From Prevotella sp. (GTDB lineage Bacteria > Bacteroidota > Bacteroidia > Bacteroidales > Bacteroidaceae), in the NCBI GenBank assembly GCA_041856205.1, contig JBHAFS010000003.1, positions 9,637-73,636 on the forward strand: a stretch of DNA of 64,000 nucleotides, written 5' to 3'. The notes under the pieces were generated by a model. The model saw only the letters and a list, made by a program, of their open reading frames with translations, made no database searches and was not told where the DNA came from. Position numbers and translations under genes: made by a program. Of this stretch, positions 63,420 through 64,000 are shown in pieces; position 1 is the first letter of the stretch, and every line of letters begins with the position of its first letter.

Positions 63420-64000
63420 ATGGAACAATTGATCGTTGGCCTCGGAGAGGCATTATGGGATATTCTGCCCGAGGGTGCCAAGCTGGGCGGAGCACCTGCC
63501 AACTTTGCTTATCACGCCAGCCAGTTTGGTCATCATGCCGTGGCTGTGAGTGCGCTGGGCAATGATGCGCTGGGCGACCAGACGGTAGCGGAGTTTGATA
63601 AGATGGGCTTGGACTATGTCATGCCACGTGTGGCATACCCTACCGGCACGGTGGGCGTGGAGCTCGATGCCGAGGGTATTCCTACCTATGACATCACCGC
63701 CGATGTGGCGTGGGACAACATGCCCTTTACCCCTGAGATAGAAGCTGTGGCCCGCAACAGCCGCGCCGTGTGCTTCGGCTCATTGGCGCAGCGCAGTCAG
63801 GTGTCGCGAGAGACAATTCATCAGTTTCTCGATGCAACGCCCGACGACTGCCTGAAGATCTTTGACATCAATCTGCGGCAGAACTTCTATACCAAGGAAG
63901 TTATACAAAATTCGCTGCGCCGATGCAATATCCTCAAGATCAACGACGAAGAACTGGTCACTATCGGCAGGATGTTCGGTTATCCGGGTCTCGACATCGA
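63420..64000 (+). CDS. PfkB-family carbohydrate kinase, likely fructokinase (3'-truncated by window edge)
   Basis: MEQLIVGLGEALWD..KLGGAPANFAYH..FGSLAQR..FDINLR..LKINDEE, read directly from ATG 63420. Confidence 0.9.
   Translation, partial: MEQLIVGLGEALWDILPEGAKLGGAPANFAYHASQFGHHAVAVSALGNDALGDQTVAEFDKMGLDYVMPRVAYPTGTVGVELDAEGIPTYDITADVAWDNMPFTPEIEAVARNSRAVCFGSLAQRSQVSRETIHQFLDATPDDCLKIFDINLRQNFYTKEVIQNSLRRCNILKINDEELVTIGRMFGYPGLDI

Overview
High-GC Bacteroidota chromosome segment, Prevotellaceae-like by its TAnnTTTG promoters, SusC/SusD pairs and T9SS C-terminal domains. Three blocks: (i) 1-40.7 kb, a large pectin (rhamnogalacturonan/homogalacturonan) utilization region with a GH106-like enzyme, an acetylesterase, GH2s, SusC/SusD, three PL1-type pectate lyases, DUF3826/DUF6298-like genes, an ECF sigma factor and a broken PL11; (ii) 40.8-51.6 kb, housekeeping genes (glutamine synthetase III, rseP, dxr, rimM, murA, tsaB, yicC, gmk, nadD); (iii) 52.5-64 kb, a compact fructan/fructose PUL (HTCS, SusC/SusD, GH32, MFS, PfkB kinase). 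The most unusual feature is a candidate stripped-down pectin regulatory circuit. It combines a hybrid two-component-type sensor that has lost its kinase and receiver domains, an ECF sigma factor with a stand-alone soluble anti-sigma-domain microprotein, and four matching GnGKRC-N16-CGTCYT promoters upstream of pectin genes. Other oddities: three dispersed co-oriented 22-bp tandem arrays with a TTCGAnTCGAA palindrome, a 285-bp long inverted-repeat element, a T9SS cargo gene with one in-frame TGA, and a miniaturised catalytically dead LacZ duplicate. All family calls come from motif recognition by eye; no database searches were run.
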